A DNA stretch of 64,000 nucleotides from Candidatus Bathyarchaeota archaeon (lineage in GTDB: Archaea > Thermoproteota > Bathyarchaeia > Bathyarchaeales > Bathycorpusculaceae): the NCBI GenBank assembly GCA_963811105.1, contig CAWEPZ010000002.1, positions 512,001 to 576,000 on the forward strand, given 5' to 3'. The notes below the pieces were generated by a model. That model worked only from the letters and a program-made list of their open reading frames with translations. It was not told the DNA's origin and did not search any database. The position numbers and the translations under genes were made by a program. Positions 55,605 through 64,000 of the stretch are shown here, piece by piece; position 1 is the first letter of the stretch; each line of letters begins with the position of its first letter.

Positions 55605-55617
55605 AGGCAACTCAAAC

Positions 55618-56238
55618 ATGAGTATCAAAGATGGTCTTTCAGCAATTGCAAAGGAAGTTATAGGAGACGTACAAAAAGAAGCAGAAGCCATAATTTTAGC
55701 AGCGGAAAAAGAAGCAAAGGAAACCTTAAGGGTGGCTAAAGAGCAAGCAGACAAAAACTCTCAAGCTATAATTAGCGAAGCAAAAGCAAAAGCGGAAAAT
55801 GAAAAACGAAAAATTGCTTCTATAACTCAGGTGGAGCTGAGAAATCGGTTGCTTCAAACAAAAGAAGGCTTAGTTGACGCGGCTTTCGACAACGCCCTTA
55901 TTAGATTTAAGGAATATGTGGAAACAAAAGATTATCGTGTTTATCTTCTTAAGCTTATTGAAGAAGCGACAAAAAGAATTGATCAAAAAAACTTGGTTGT
56001 GCAACTTAACGCCAAAGACAAAACTTGGTTAACCCAAGAGGTTCTTAACCAATTATCCAAAAAGTCAGGTTACAAATTAAAGTTTTCAAAAGAAACCGAA
56101 GACTTCATTGGTGGCTGCAAAATCCAAACCGTTGACGGGAAAATAACTTATGATAGCACTATTGATGGTCGGCTGCACGAACTTAAGCCTGCTCTACGTA
56201 TTGTAGTAGCCAAAATTCTGTTCGGCAAGGAGGCTTAA
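55618..56238 (+). CDS. atpE: A-type ATP synthase subunit E
   Basis: N-terminal coiled coil, IGG......DGKITYDST...RL. Confidence 0.9.
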   Translation: MSIKDGLSAIAKEVIGDVQKEAEAIILAAEKEAKETLRVAKEQADKNSQAIISEAKAKAENEKRKIASITQVELRNRLLQTKEGLVDAAFDNALIRFKEYVETKDYRVYLLKLIEEATKRIDQKNLVVQLNAKDKTWLTQEVLNQLSKKSGYKLKFSKETEDFIGGCKIQTVDGKITYDSTIDGRLHELKPALRIVVAKILFGKEA

Positions 56239-56250
56239 AGGAGGTGCCGA

Positions 56251-58015
56251 CTGAAGGGTAGCGTAATCCGAGTTGCAGGACCAGTTGTTGAAGCTAAAGG
56301 CATGGCAAAAGCCGTTATGCATGAATTAGTTGAAGTTGGCGAAGAGGGTTTAATTGGTGAAATTATTCGTCTAGAAGGCGACCATGCCACAATTCAAGTT
56401 TACCAAAACACATCCGGTCTCAAGCTTAATGAACCCGTCTTAGGCACAGGTGGCCCGCTTTCAGTTATCTTGGCTCCAGGCTTGGTAGGAAACGTTTTTG
56501 ATGGCATCCAAAGACCCCTCGAAGTGTTACGGACACTTACAGGAGCATTCATCAAACAAGTTCGGGGAGTGCCCTCTCTTTCTATTGACAAAAAATGGTC
56601 CTTCCAACCGAAAGCAAAGGTTGGCAGCCTCATGTCAAGCGGGGACGTGATCGGGACCGTTGCGGAAACCGATTTGGTTGAACATCGTATCCTTGTTCCA
56701 CCGAACTTGCAAGGCAAACTTGTGCAAATTGCGTCTGAAAGCAAATACATAATCACTGAGATAATCGCCACAATTGAAGCGAACGAAACACAAACCGAGT
56801 TGTCCATGCTTCAAAAATGGCCTGTGCGTAAACCTCGACCGCATAGTCGAAGACTTCCTGCCTCGGTGCCTCTAATCACGGGTCAACGTGTTATTGACAC
56901 TTTTTTCCCAATTGCCAAAGGTGGAAGCGCTTCAATTCCAGGCGGTTTCGGCACGGGGAAAACTATTACCCAGCAGCAACTTGCAAAATGGTCAGATGCC
57001 AACTTGGTAATTTACGTTGGTTGTGGAGAGCGCGGCAATGAGATGGTGGATGTGTTGTCCAGTTTTCCTAAGTTAATTGATCCGACAACTGGACATCCGC
57101 TTATGGAACGAACCATACTTATCGCTAACACAAGCAATATGCCTGTTTCCGCTCGTGAAGCCAGCATATACACAGGCATGACCATCGCTGAGTATTACCG
57201 AGACATGGGTTACAACGTGGCTTTAATGGCAGATTCAACAAGCCGCTGGGCAGAGGCATTAAGAGAAGTTTCAGGAAGGCTTGAAGAGATGCCTGCCGAA
57301 GAAGGATTCCCAAGTTATTTGCCCTCGCGCTTAGCAGAGTTTTATGAACGCACAGGCGTCGTAGAAACCTTAGGCGCGGAAAAACGGGTAGGCTCAATTT
57401 GCGCGATTGGAGCGGTTTCTCCACCTGGCGGAGACTTCTCTGAACCTGTCACACAGCATACCAAACGTTTTACACGGGTCTTCTGGGCTACTTGATCCTG
57501 AACTAGCAGACTCAAGACATTATCCTGCGATTAATTGGATTCAAAGCTACAGCGGTTACATCGGCGAACTTGCAGGTTGGTGGCATAACCAAGTCGATAA
57601 AGACTGGAATAGCTATAGGGAAGAGGCAATGCGCATCTTGCAGGCTGAGGATGACTTGAAAAATATCGTTAAACTGGTTGGTCCTGAAGCTTTGCCCGAT
57701 AGGCAACGCTTAATTTTAGAGATAGCCCGAATAATCCGAACAGCTTTCCTTCAACAGAACGCATTAGATGCAGTGGATACATATTGCTCTCCCCAGAAAC
57801 AATTCAAAATGCTCAAAATAATAATTGATTTCCAAAAGTCAGCTGAGCGGGTTGTAAGCAAGGGCGCACCAATCTTTAAAATTATTCAGTTGCCGGAGAC
57901 AGAAGAAATTATGCGCATGAAGACTTCAGTGTCAAATGACAAGATCAATCTTTTAGATGATCTGGAAAAGAGGATGCAGCAGCGCTTTGAGGAATTGGAG
58001 GCAAGTTTGAGGTAG
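56251..58015 (+). pseudogene. atpA: A-type ATP synthase subunit A, probable CTG start and +1 frameshift near 57489
   Basis: [13 protein letters not shown] follows a GGAGGTG SD; Walker A GGFGTGKT; GCGERGNE; FWA/LD is split across frames (TGGGCTACTTGAT). Confidence 0.9.
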
Positions 58016-58020
58016 CGAAT

Positions 58021-59418
58021 ATGGCTGGTACAGGATTAGAGTATAAAGGAGTAGCTTCAATTTCTGGCCCAATAATTATTGTGGAAAACGTTCGTGAAGT
58101 AGGCTATGACGAGCTTGTAAGCGTGAAAACGCAAACTGGAGAAACGCGTCTGGGAAAAGTCATTGAAGTAACTCAGAAAGCCGTAACCGTTCAAATCTTC
58201 GAAGGCACAACTGGCTTGTCGCCTTCTGAGACGCGTACTCGATTTCTAGGAAGATCCTTAGAAGTGCCTGTTTCCACAGAGATGCTTGGTCGAGTAATGA
58301 ACAGTTTTGGTGAACCTATTGATGGGCATCCGAGGTTTTTCACGGAAGAAAAACGTGATGTAAATGGTTGGCCTCTAAATCCTACTGCCCGAGAATACCC
58401 CAGAGACTTCATCCAAACAGGCATATCTGCAATTGACGGTTTAACCAGCCTTGTGAGGGGGCAAAAGCTTCCAATCTTCAGCGGTCCAGGCTTATCCCAT
58501 AATGATCTTGCTGCCCAAATTGTTAGACAGGCGCAGATTCGGGGGGGCGGAGAAGAATTCAACATAATATTTATTGCAATGGGACTTGAGCATGACGACG
58601 CCGCTTTCTTTCAAAAAAGTTTCGAAGAAACAGGCGCAATAAAAAACGTAGCTATGTTCCTTAATTTGGCAGAGGACCCGCCTGTGGAGAGAATTATCAC
58701 ACCTCGGGCTGGTTTGACTTTAGCGGAATATTTGGCGTTTGACCAGGAATCACATGTGCTTGTGATTTTGACCGATATGACAAATTACTGTGAAGCACTA
58801 CGCGAGGTTAGTGCATCAATGGAGGAAGTTCCAAGCAGAAAGGGGTATCCAGGATACATGTACAGTGACCTTGCAAGCCTATACGAGCGAGCAGGCAGAA
58901 TCGCAGGCAAAAAGGGCTCAATCACCCAAATGCCAATTTTAACCATGCCAAACGACGATATCACCCATCCTATTCCTGACTTAACAGGCTACATTACAGA
59001 AGGACAAATCGTTTTGTCAAGGGGTTTGGAAAAGCAGAGCATTTATCCCCCAATCACAATTTCCACAAGCCTTTCCAGACTGATGAAAGATGGCATAGGA
59101 AAAGATAGAACAAGAGAAGACCACGCCGATGTTGCAAGTCAACTATATTCAGCGTACGCCCAATACATCACAGTAAAGTCTTTGGCAACAATTATCGGCG
59201 AAGAAGGCCTGAGCAGCAGAGACAAGGATTACTTGCGTTTTGGCGAGCAATTTGAGCATAAACTAATTAATCAAGGCAAAAACGAGAACCGCTCCATTGA
59301 GCAAACGCTTTCAATAGCTTGGGACATAATGTCGGTTTTGCCAGACGAAGAATTAACCCGTATACACCCCGAAATCATCAAAAAATATTTCCCCAACATG
59401 GTTAAAGAGGTTACATGA
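58021..59418 (+). CDS. atpB: A-type ATP synthase subunit B
   Basis: [46 protein letters not shown]. Confidence 0.96.
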   Translation: MAGTGLEYKGVASISGPIIIVENVREVGYDELVSVKTQTGETRLGKVIEVTQKAVTVQIFEGTTGLSPSETRTRFLGRSLEVPVSTEMLGRVMNSFGEPIDGHPRFFTEEKRDVNGWPLNPTAREYPRDFIQTGISAIDGLTSLVRGQKLPIFSGPGLSHNDLAAQIVRQAQIRGGGEEFNIIFIAMGLEHDDAAFFQKSFEETGAIKNVAMFLNLAEDPPVERIITPRAGLTLAEYLAFDQESHVLVILTDMTNYCEALREVSASMEEVPSRKGYPGYMYSDLASLYERAGRIAGKKGSITQMPILTMPNDDITHPIPDLTGYITEGQIVLSRGLEKQSIYPPITISTSLSRLMKDGIGKDRTREDHADVASQLYSAYAQYITVKSLATIIGEEGLSSRDKDYLRFGEQFEHKLINQGKNENRSIEQTLSIAWDIMSVLPDEELTRIHPEIIKKYFPNMVKEVT

Positions 59419-59424
59419 CAAAAA

Positions 59425-60060
59425 TTGTCTTTTGAAAACGTCAGTCCAACAAGAATTAATCTTATACAAACCAAAAAAACCCTTAGCCTAGCGGAGTCTG
59501 GACGCGATGTGCTTGAGCGTAAACGGGACATTTTGCTTCGTGAGCTACGAAATAGCATTTATGATGCAGAAAGAATTCGCGAGGATTTGTTGGAAGTTTT
59601 AAAGAAGGCCTATCAGAGTCTACAGGAGGCAAATATGGCTAAGGGGCCAGATACAATTGCCAACGTGGCCTTGGGGTCAAGTTTTGAATCTAATTTTCTA
59701 TTGGATTTCAAAAGCATCATGGGCGTCACCGTTCCAATTGTTGAATATCAAGGCGAACCAGAAGTGAAGCCAGATTATGGTTTTGCCAACACCAGTTCGG
59801 AATTAGATAGGGCGTTTAAGCAATTCTATAGCACGCTTGAGCTAATCGCTGATTTAGCTCGAGCCGAGGGAACAACGTTTCAAATTGCTAATGACGTGCG
59901 GAGAACCCAACGTCGAGTCAACGCCTTGAATCATGTTCTTATTCCCATGTACCGAAGCATTGCTAAACGGATTGAACTTGTTTTGGAAGAAAGGGATCGT
60001 GAAGAATTTGTAAGGACGAAATGGATTAAGCACATCGTTGAGGTGCGTGGCAGAGGATGA
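59425..60060 (+). CDS. atpD: A-type ATP synthase subunit D
   Basis: PTRINL, LERKRD.L, RTQRRVNAL.H..IP, LEERDREEF. Confidence 0.94.
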   Translation: MSFENVSPTRINLIQTKKTLSLAESGRDVLERKRDILLRELRNSIYDAERIREDLLEVLKKAYQSLQEANMAKGPDTIANVALGSSFESNFLLDFKSIMGVTVPIVEYQGEPEVKPDYGFANTSSELDRAFKQFYSTLELIADLARAEGTTFQIANDVRRTQRRVNALNHVLIPMYRSIAKRIELVLEERDREEFVRTKWIKHIVEVRGRG

Positions 60061-60503
60061 GTTGTTCGACTTTTAAGAGTATCCAGAAAATTTTGATCCC
60101 GACCGATGGTTCTGATTACAGTATTCGGGCGGCAGAATACGGTATATGTATTGCCAAGATGCTTGATGCTCAAATCACGGTTGTCTACGTGATAGACGAT
60201 GTTGTTCTTAACCAAATTTTCAAAGTGACCGAACTTGAAGAAGCTGAACTGGAACTAAAGAATGATGGTCAACGATACATCAATTATGTGCTTGGCTTAG
60301 CTCAGAAAGAAAATGTCAAGGCTGCTTCCTTGATTGCGAAGGGAAGGCCATTCGAGCAGATTGTTCATTTGGCTAAAGGATTAAATGTGGATTTAATTGT
60401 GATGGGAACATATGGGCGAAGGGGTGCCGAGCGTATTCTCATCGGGAGCGTTGCTGAACGAGTGATTGAATATTCACCATGTCCTGTTCTAGTTGTTAAA
60501 TAA
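60057..60503 (+). CDS. Universal stress protein
   Basis: KILIPTDGS, DLIVMG..G, LIGSVAERV....PCPVLVV. Confidence 0.93.
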   Translation: MSCSTFKSIQKILIPTDGSDYSIRAAEYGICIAKMLDAQITVVYVIDDVVLNQIFKVTELEEAELELKNDGQRYINYVLGLAQKENVKAASLIAKGRPFEQIVHLAKGLNVDLIVMGTYGRRGAERILIGSVAERVIEYSPCPVLVVK

Positions 60504-60522
60504 CCGTTGTGGAGAAGAAATA

Positions 60523-60714
60523 ATGGCGAAAGAAGGCAAGATAGAAAAAGACTACGCTGCTCTTAACGTAGCAATTGAAAGTTTGGCTCAAAAAGAGTTA
60601 AAGAATATTCAACAAGAAACTAACTTGTTAAAAGATGAGGTGGAAAAAACTGGTGAAGCCATCGAAAATTCCATAAACAAAACTCACATGAAGGCAAGCA
60701 AGAAAGAAAGTTAA
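60523..60714 (+). CDS. Small hypothetical coiled-coil protein
   Basis: ORF between usp and atpK, preceded by GGAG. Confidence 0.4.
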   Translation: MAKEGKIEKDYAALNVAIESLAQKELKNIQQETNLLKDEVEKTGEAIENSINKTHMKASKKES

Positions 60715-60754
60715 TAGATAAGCATGTGTTCTTTTTATTGGAGTTTGGCTCTCT

Positions 60755-61090
60755 GTGAAAGGTAAAATTTTAGTTTTGTTCCTATTGCCCCTCGTGGTCC
60801 TTGTGCCTCTTGTTGGAATGGCAGCAGCATTCTCAGTTTCTACAGTTCAAGCAACTACAACAACCGCTGGACCATATGATAGACTTGGCATAGCAATTAG
60901 TGCTGGACTAGCCATTGGGCTTTCTTCATTAGGCGCTGGACTTGCTATTTCCGCTGCCGGCAGCGCAGCAATTAGCGCATTGGCTGAGAAGCCTGAAACG
61001 TTTTTTAGAAGTTTCTTGATTGTTGCATTGGCTGAGGCATTGGCGATTTACGGTTTAATTATGGGTATTCTGCTTTGGCTCAAACTATGA
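60755..61090 (+). CDS. atpK: A-type ATP synthase proteolipid subunit K (c)
   Basis: GLAIGLS.LGAG.A, EKPE.F, LAEALAIYG with the ion-binding Glu; extra N-terminal hydrophobic segment. Confidence 0.92.
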   Translation: MKGKILVLFLLPLVVLVPLVGMAAAFSVSTVQATTTTAGPYDRLGIAISAGLAIGLSSLGAGLAISAAGSAAISALAEKPETFFRSFLIVALAEALAIYGLIMGILLWLKL

Positions 61091-61225
61091 GCAATTTCCA
61101 ATGTTAGTGTTGATTGAATTAGCACCGCAGAAACTGAGTTAGTGATTGTTGTAGTTGCTAGGCAACCACACAAGCTTTAATTGACTTCTACAGAGTAAGA
61201 CTACTTGAGGTTCTTCGTTTTGCCA

Positions 61226-62083
61226 ATGAGCAGGCGTGAGTTTATAAAAATTGGCGCAGCAGCCGCTATAGGGGCTGGCGTAGCCAGTGCAATTGAAATA
61301 CCCATTTTAGAGAATGTTATTCAATCAGAAAATAGTAAGAGTAACCAGCTACAAAATCAGGATGTCCAGGTATTCTTAACTCTAAATAAAAATGAGCGTG
61401 TAATAGTTGAAGCTTTAGCTGAAACCATAATTCCAACCGATAGCAGTGGTCCAGGCGCAAAAGAAGCTGGAGTGATTTATTTTATTGACCATATGTTAGC
61501 TGGAAATTACGGCAAAGGAGGCAACATGTACCTTCAAGGGCCATTTGTCCATCCTCAATCTAGCTCATTAACAGTTACAGGGGCAGTTTACCCCACAACA
61601 ACAAAAAGCACCATCACCTATTCAGGCGGAACCATAACACCACGCCAACAGGCTGGTACAGCTTATCAATACGCTTTTAATCCACGAGAATTCTGGCGAC
61701 GTGGATTAGTTTTTCTTGATAATTATTGTACCGCCTCGAAAGGCAAAAATTTTGAATCCCTATCTTCGACAGATCGGATAACAGTGCTTCAAGAATTATT
61801 TGACAATAGCTCAAGCAACACTACTTTGCAGTCAGCTTTCCAAGGTCCAAACGCTGCAGAATTCTTCAACGAAGTCTATGACATGGTAGTTGCCGGGTTT
61901 TGGACAGATCCAATGTATGGCGGAAACCAAGGAATGGTAGGCTGGCAGCTAATAGCTTTTAATGCAAACTACTGGGGCGACGATATAGGTTTAGGCGCAA
62001 AAAAGTTAATGACGGCAGGCACCCCTACTCGGTTAAAACCCAAGAGTCTTGGTCAACTTCAAAAAGAAGGCGGAGGAGTATAA
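61226..62083 (+). CDS. Gluconate 2-dehydrogenase subunit 3-like protein with a Tat signal
   Basis: MSRREFIK, ETIIP.D..GPGAKEAGV..FID..L, G.W.DPMYGGN..MVGW. Confidence 0.85.
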   Translation: MSRREFIKIGAAAAIGAGVASAIEIPILENVIQSENSKSNQLQNQDVQVFLTLNKNERVIVEALAETIIPTDSSGPGAKEAGVIYFIDHMLAGNYGKGGNMYLQGPFVHPQSSSLTVTGAVYPTTTKSTITYSGGTITPRQQAGTAYQYAFNPREFWRRGLVFLDNYCTASKGKNFESLSSTDRITVLQELFDNSSSNTTLQSAFQGPNAAEFFNEVYDMVVAGFWTDPMYGGNQGMVGWQLIAFNANYWGDDIGLGAKKLMTAGTPTRLKPKSLGQLQKEGGGV

Positions 62084-63901
62084 ATGTCAACCCCAATCAC
62101 ACATCCACAAACCGACGTCGTGGTATGCGGTTTAGGTCATATGGGTGGTCCAATAGCTGCAGAATTAACTGCAGCGAAATACAATGTTGTGGGAATAGAA
62201 AAAGGCCCATTCTGGGATTTTGCGACTGACTGGCGACAAGACAACAAAGATGACGAATGGGCTATCGGGCTGGAAAGAAAGTTCGATCATCCACTTTACA
62301 TTTCAACCTTCACAATTAGAAACACCATGGACCAGTTTGCTTTGCCCGTAAGACGCTACACAAAATCCGTTCAGTACCATGCTTTAGGTCATGGCGTGGG
62401 CGGCGTTGGAGTTCATTATGGTGGTGGCCTGGGAAGATTTTCACCATGGTCATATTCACCTGTCACCATGACAAAAGCGAAATATGGCGAAGCAGGATAC
62501 AACACTATATTAAGCAACGTGAAGGGAGGAACACCGGACTTAGAAGACTGGCCTGTCACATATGAAGACATGGTGCCATACTATGACTCCTGGGAAAAAG
62601 CTCTAGGCGTAGTAGGAACCAACCAAGACCCCTTCATCCCAAACGCCCATTATCCAAACCCTCCCCACCCAGAAACTGCTCATGCACCAATTTTCAAAAA
62701 TGCAGTAACAAGCCTTGGCTACACTCCTTATCCAACTGTTAGCGGCCTAGTAAGTGCAGGTTACACAAACCAATATGGCATCGCACGAAACAGTTGCGTA
62801 TACTGCGGCTGGTGTGGCGGCGCCTGTAACTATCCTTGTGAAGTTGGCGCCAAAAGTAGTTCTCATGTAACTACAATCCCTGCAGCAATTAATACAGGCC
62901 TATTCGACATGCGGCTTGACTCATACATTTTCCGCATCGACACCGATAATACGGGCAAAGCAACAGGCGTCAGATACTACGACGCCACAGGCAAGGTGCA
63001 TGTCCAACCCGCAAAGGTCGTGTTCAACGGGTTATGGGGCTTTAACCTCATGCGAGCAATGCTCTTGTCAGGAATAGGCACACCATACGACCCTGTTAAT
63101 CACACTGGTTCTTTAGGACGCGGCTTAGCCAACGGTTATAACCCTGCAACTTCAAGCGCAAGCGTACCGCTAAACGTTGGAGCAAACACTTACGTAAGCG
63201 GAAACGCCGCTGGCGGAGGTTACGCCATAATGGACCTCAACGAAGTCAACCCAAAATACAGCCATACTGACGATTTAACCTTCATGGGCGGTGTCAGCTT
63301 AAGCTTTGGAAACTACTTGGGAAGTGGTCCAGCGACATTCTCTTCTCACCCGCCAGGTAGAACTAACTTTGGCAGCACATGGAAAGCATCCATTAAAGAC
63401 GAGAGAATCCCCCAGAAAATAACAGCAACCCTATCAGGTACAGGACCTAATTTACCTCTCCTTGAACACTTTGCTGACTTGGACCCACATTACAGCGACA
63501 TCTACGGTGACCCATGCGCACGAATCACCCTGGACTGGGATGCCAACACTTACCGGACCTCAAATTACCTCATCAACAAAACCACGCTTATCACAGACAT
63601 CCTTGGCAAAATGGGCGACTCAACTAAAATCAAGAAAAACACGGTTGCTGAGCTTTCCCAGCATGTTGACTGGTGGGGACACCACATGAGAGGCGGCGCA
63701 AGAACAGGCTCAAACAAGGCAACATCAGTATTTAATAAGTGGATGCAGTGCTGGACTAGCGAAAACTTGTTTGCTGCTGGAGAAATCTGCGATACTTTCG
63801 GAGACAACATAACTGCTGGAACACACGTTGCCGGAGCAATGGCATATCTTGCAGCCGACGGAATAAAGAAGTATCTAGCAAATCCAGCCCCGCTTGTCTA
63901 A
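62084..63901 (+). CDS. GMC oxidoreductase (gluconate 2-dehydrogenase flavoprotein-like)
   Basis: DVVVCGLG..GG FAD motif, GVGG...HYGG, DWPVTYED..PYY, CVYCGWC...C cluster, HHMRGG. Confidence 0.88.
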   Translation: MSTPITHPQTDVVVCGLGHMGGPIAAELTAAKYNVVGIEKGPFWDFATDWRQDNKDDEWAIGLERKFDHPLYISTFTIRNTMDQFALPVRRYTKSVQYHALGHGVGGVGVHYGGGLGRFSPWSYSPVTMTKAKYGEAGYNTILSNVKGGTPDLEDWPVTYEDMVPYYDSWEKALGVVGTNQDPFIPNAHYPNPPHPETAHAPIFKNAVTSLGYTPYPTVSGLVSAGYTNQYGIARNSCVYCGWCGGACNYPCEVGAKSSSHVTTIPAAINTGLFDMRLDSYIFRIDTDNTGKATGVRYYDATGKVHVQPAKVVFNGLWGFNLMRAMLLSGIGTPYDPVNHTGSLGRGLANGYNPATSSASVPLNVGANTYVSGNAAGGGYAIMDLNEVNPKYSHTDDLTFMGGVSLSFGNYLGSGPATFSSHPPGRTNFGSTWKASIKDERIPQKITATLSGTGPNLPLLEHFADLDPHYSDIYGDPCARITLDWDANTYRTSNYLINKTTLITDILGKMGDSTKIKKNTVAELSQHVDWWGHHMRGGARTGSNKATSVFNKWMQCWTSENLFAAGEICDTFGDNITAGTHVAGAMAYLAADGIKKYLANPAPLV

Positions 63902-64000
63902 ACAACGAACCCAACTCTTTTTTACTCTTTGAGTTTCAAGCATGAGCTATACTAACAAGGATATTTGGGATCAACTTAGCCACTTTGTAAACATAATTCC

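Overview
This is an archaeal chromosome segment: it carries rpl14e, cbf5, TFB, aIF1/SUI1, an A-type ATP synthase and a tRNA with a BHB intron. Protein style suggests a TACK lineage such as Bathyarchaeia, which is inference only. Positions 1-12.8 kb are the right part of an AT-rich, decaying element integrated at an intron-containing tRNA-Leu(TAA). It carries an SSV-type integrase, a broken PriS-PriL fusion primase, an IS481-family element with a 15-bp target duplication, HEPN-like, DUF2971 and DUF5131 cargo, and 4.5 kb of pure homopolymer that is most likely an assembly artefact. Next come a candidate structured ncRNA and rpl14e-cbf5-methyltransferase, then secreted carbohydrate-active genes. 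A K+/osmotic cluster follows (MscS, kdpABC, three stand-alone Lrp/AsnC ligand-binding domains, CBS, CPA2), and then a DtxR-feoB iron locus with palindromic operators. A fragment-rich accessory zone holds a solo half-Cas1, followed by pyk-gpmA, a second element remnant at tRNA-Gln(TTG) and TFB/SUI1/UDG. The window ends with an ATP synthase cluster in which atpI is inverted and two genes are frameshifted, and a Tat-exported gluconate-2-dehydrogenase-like pair. All calls come from motif recognition by eye; no searches were run.
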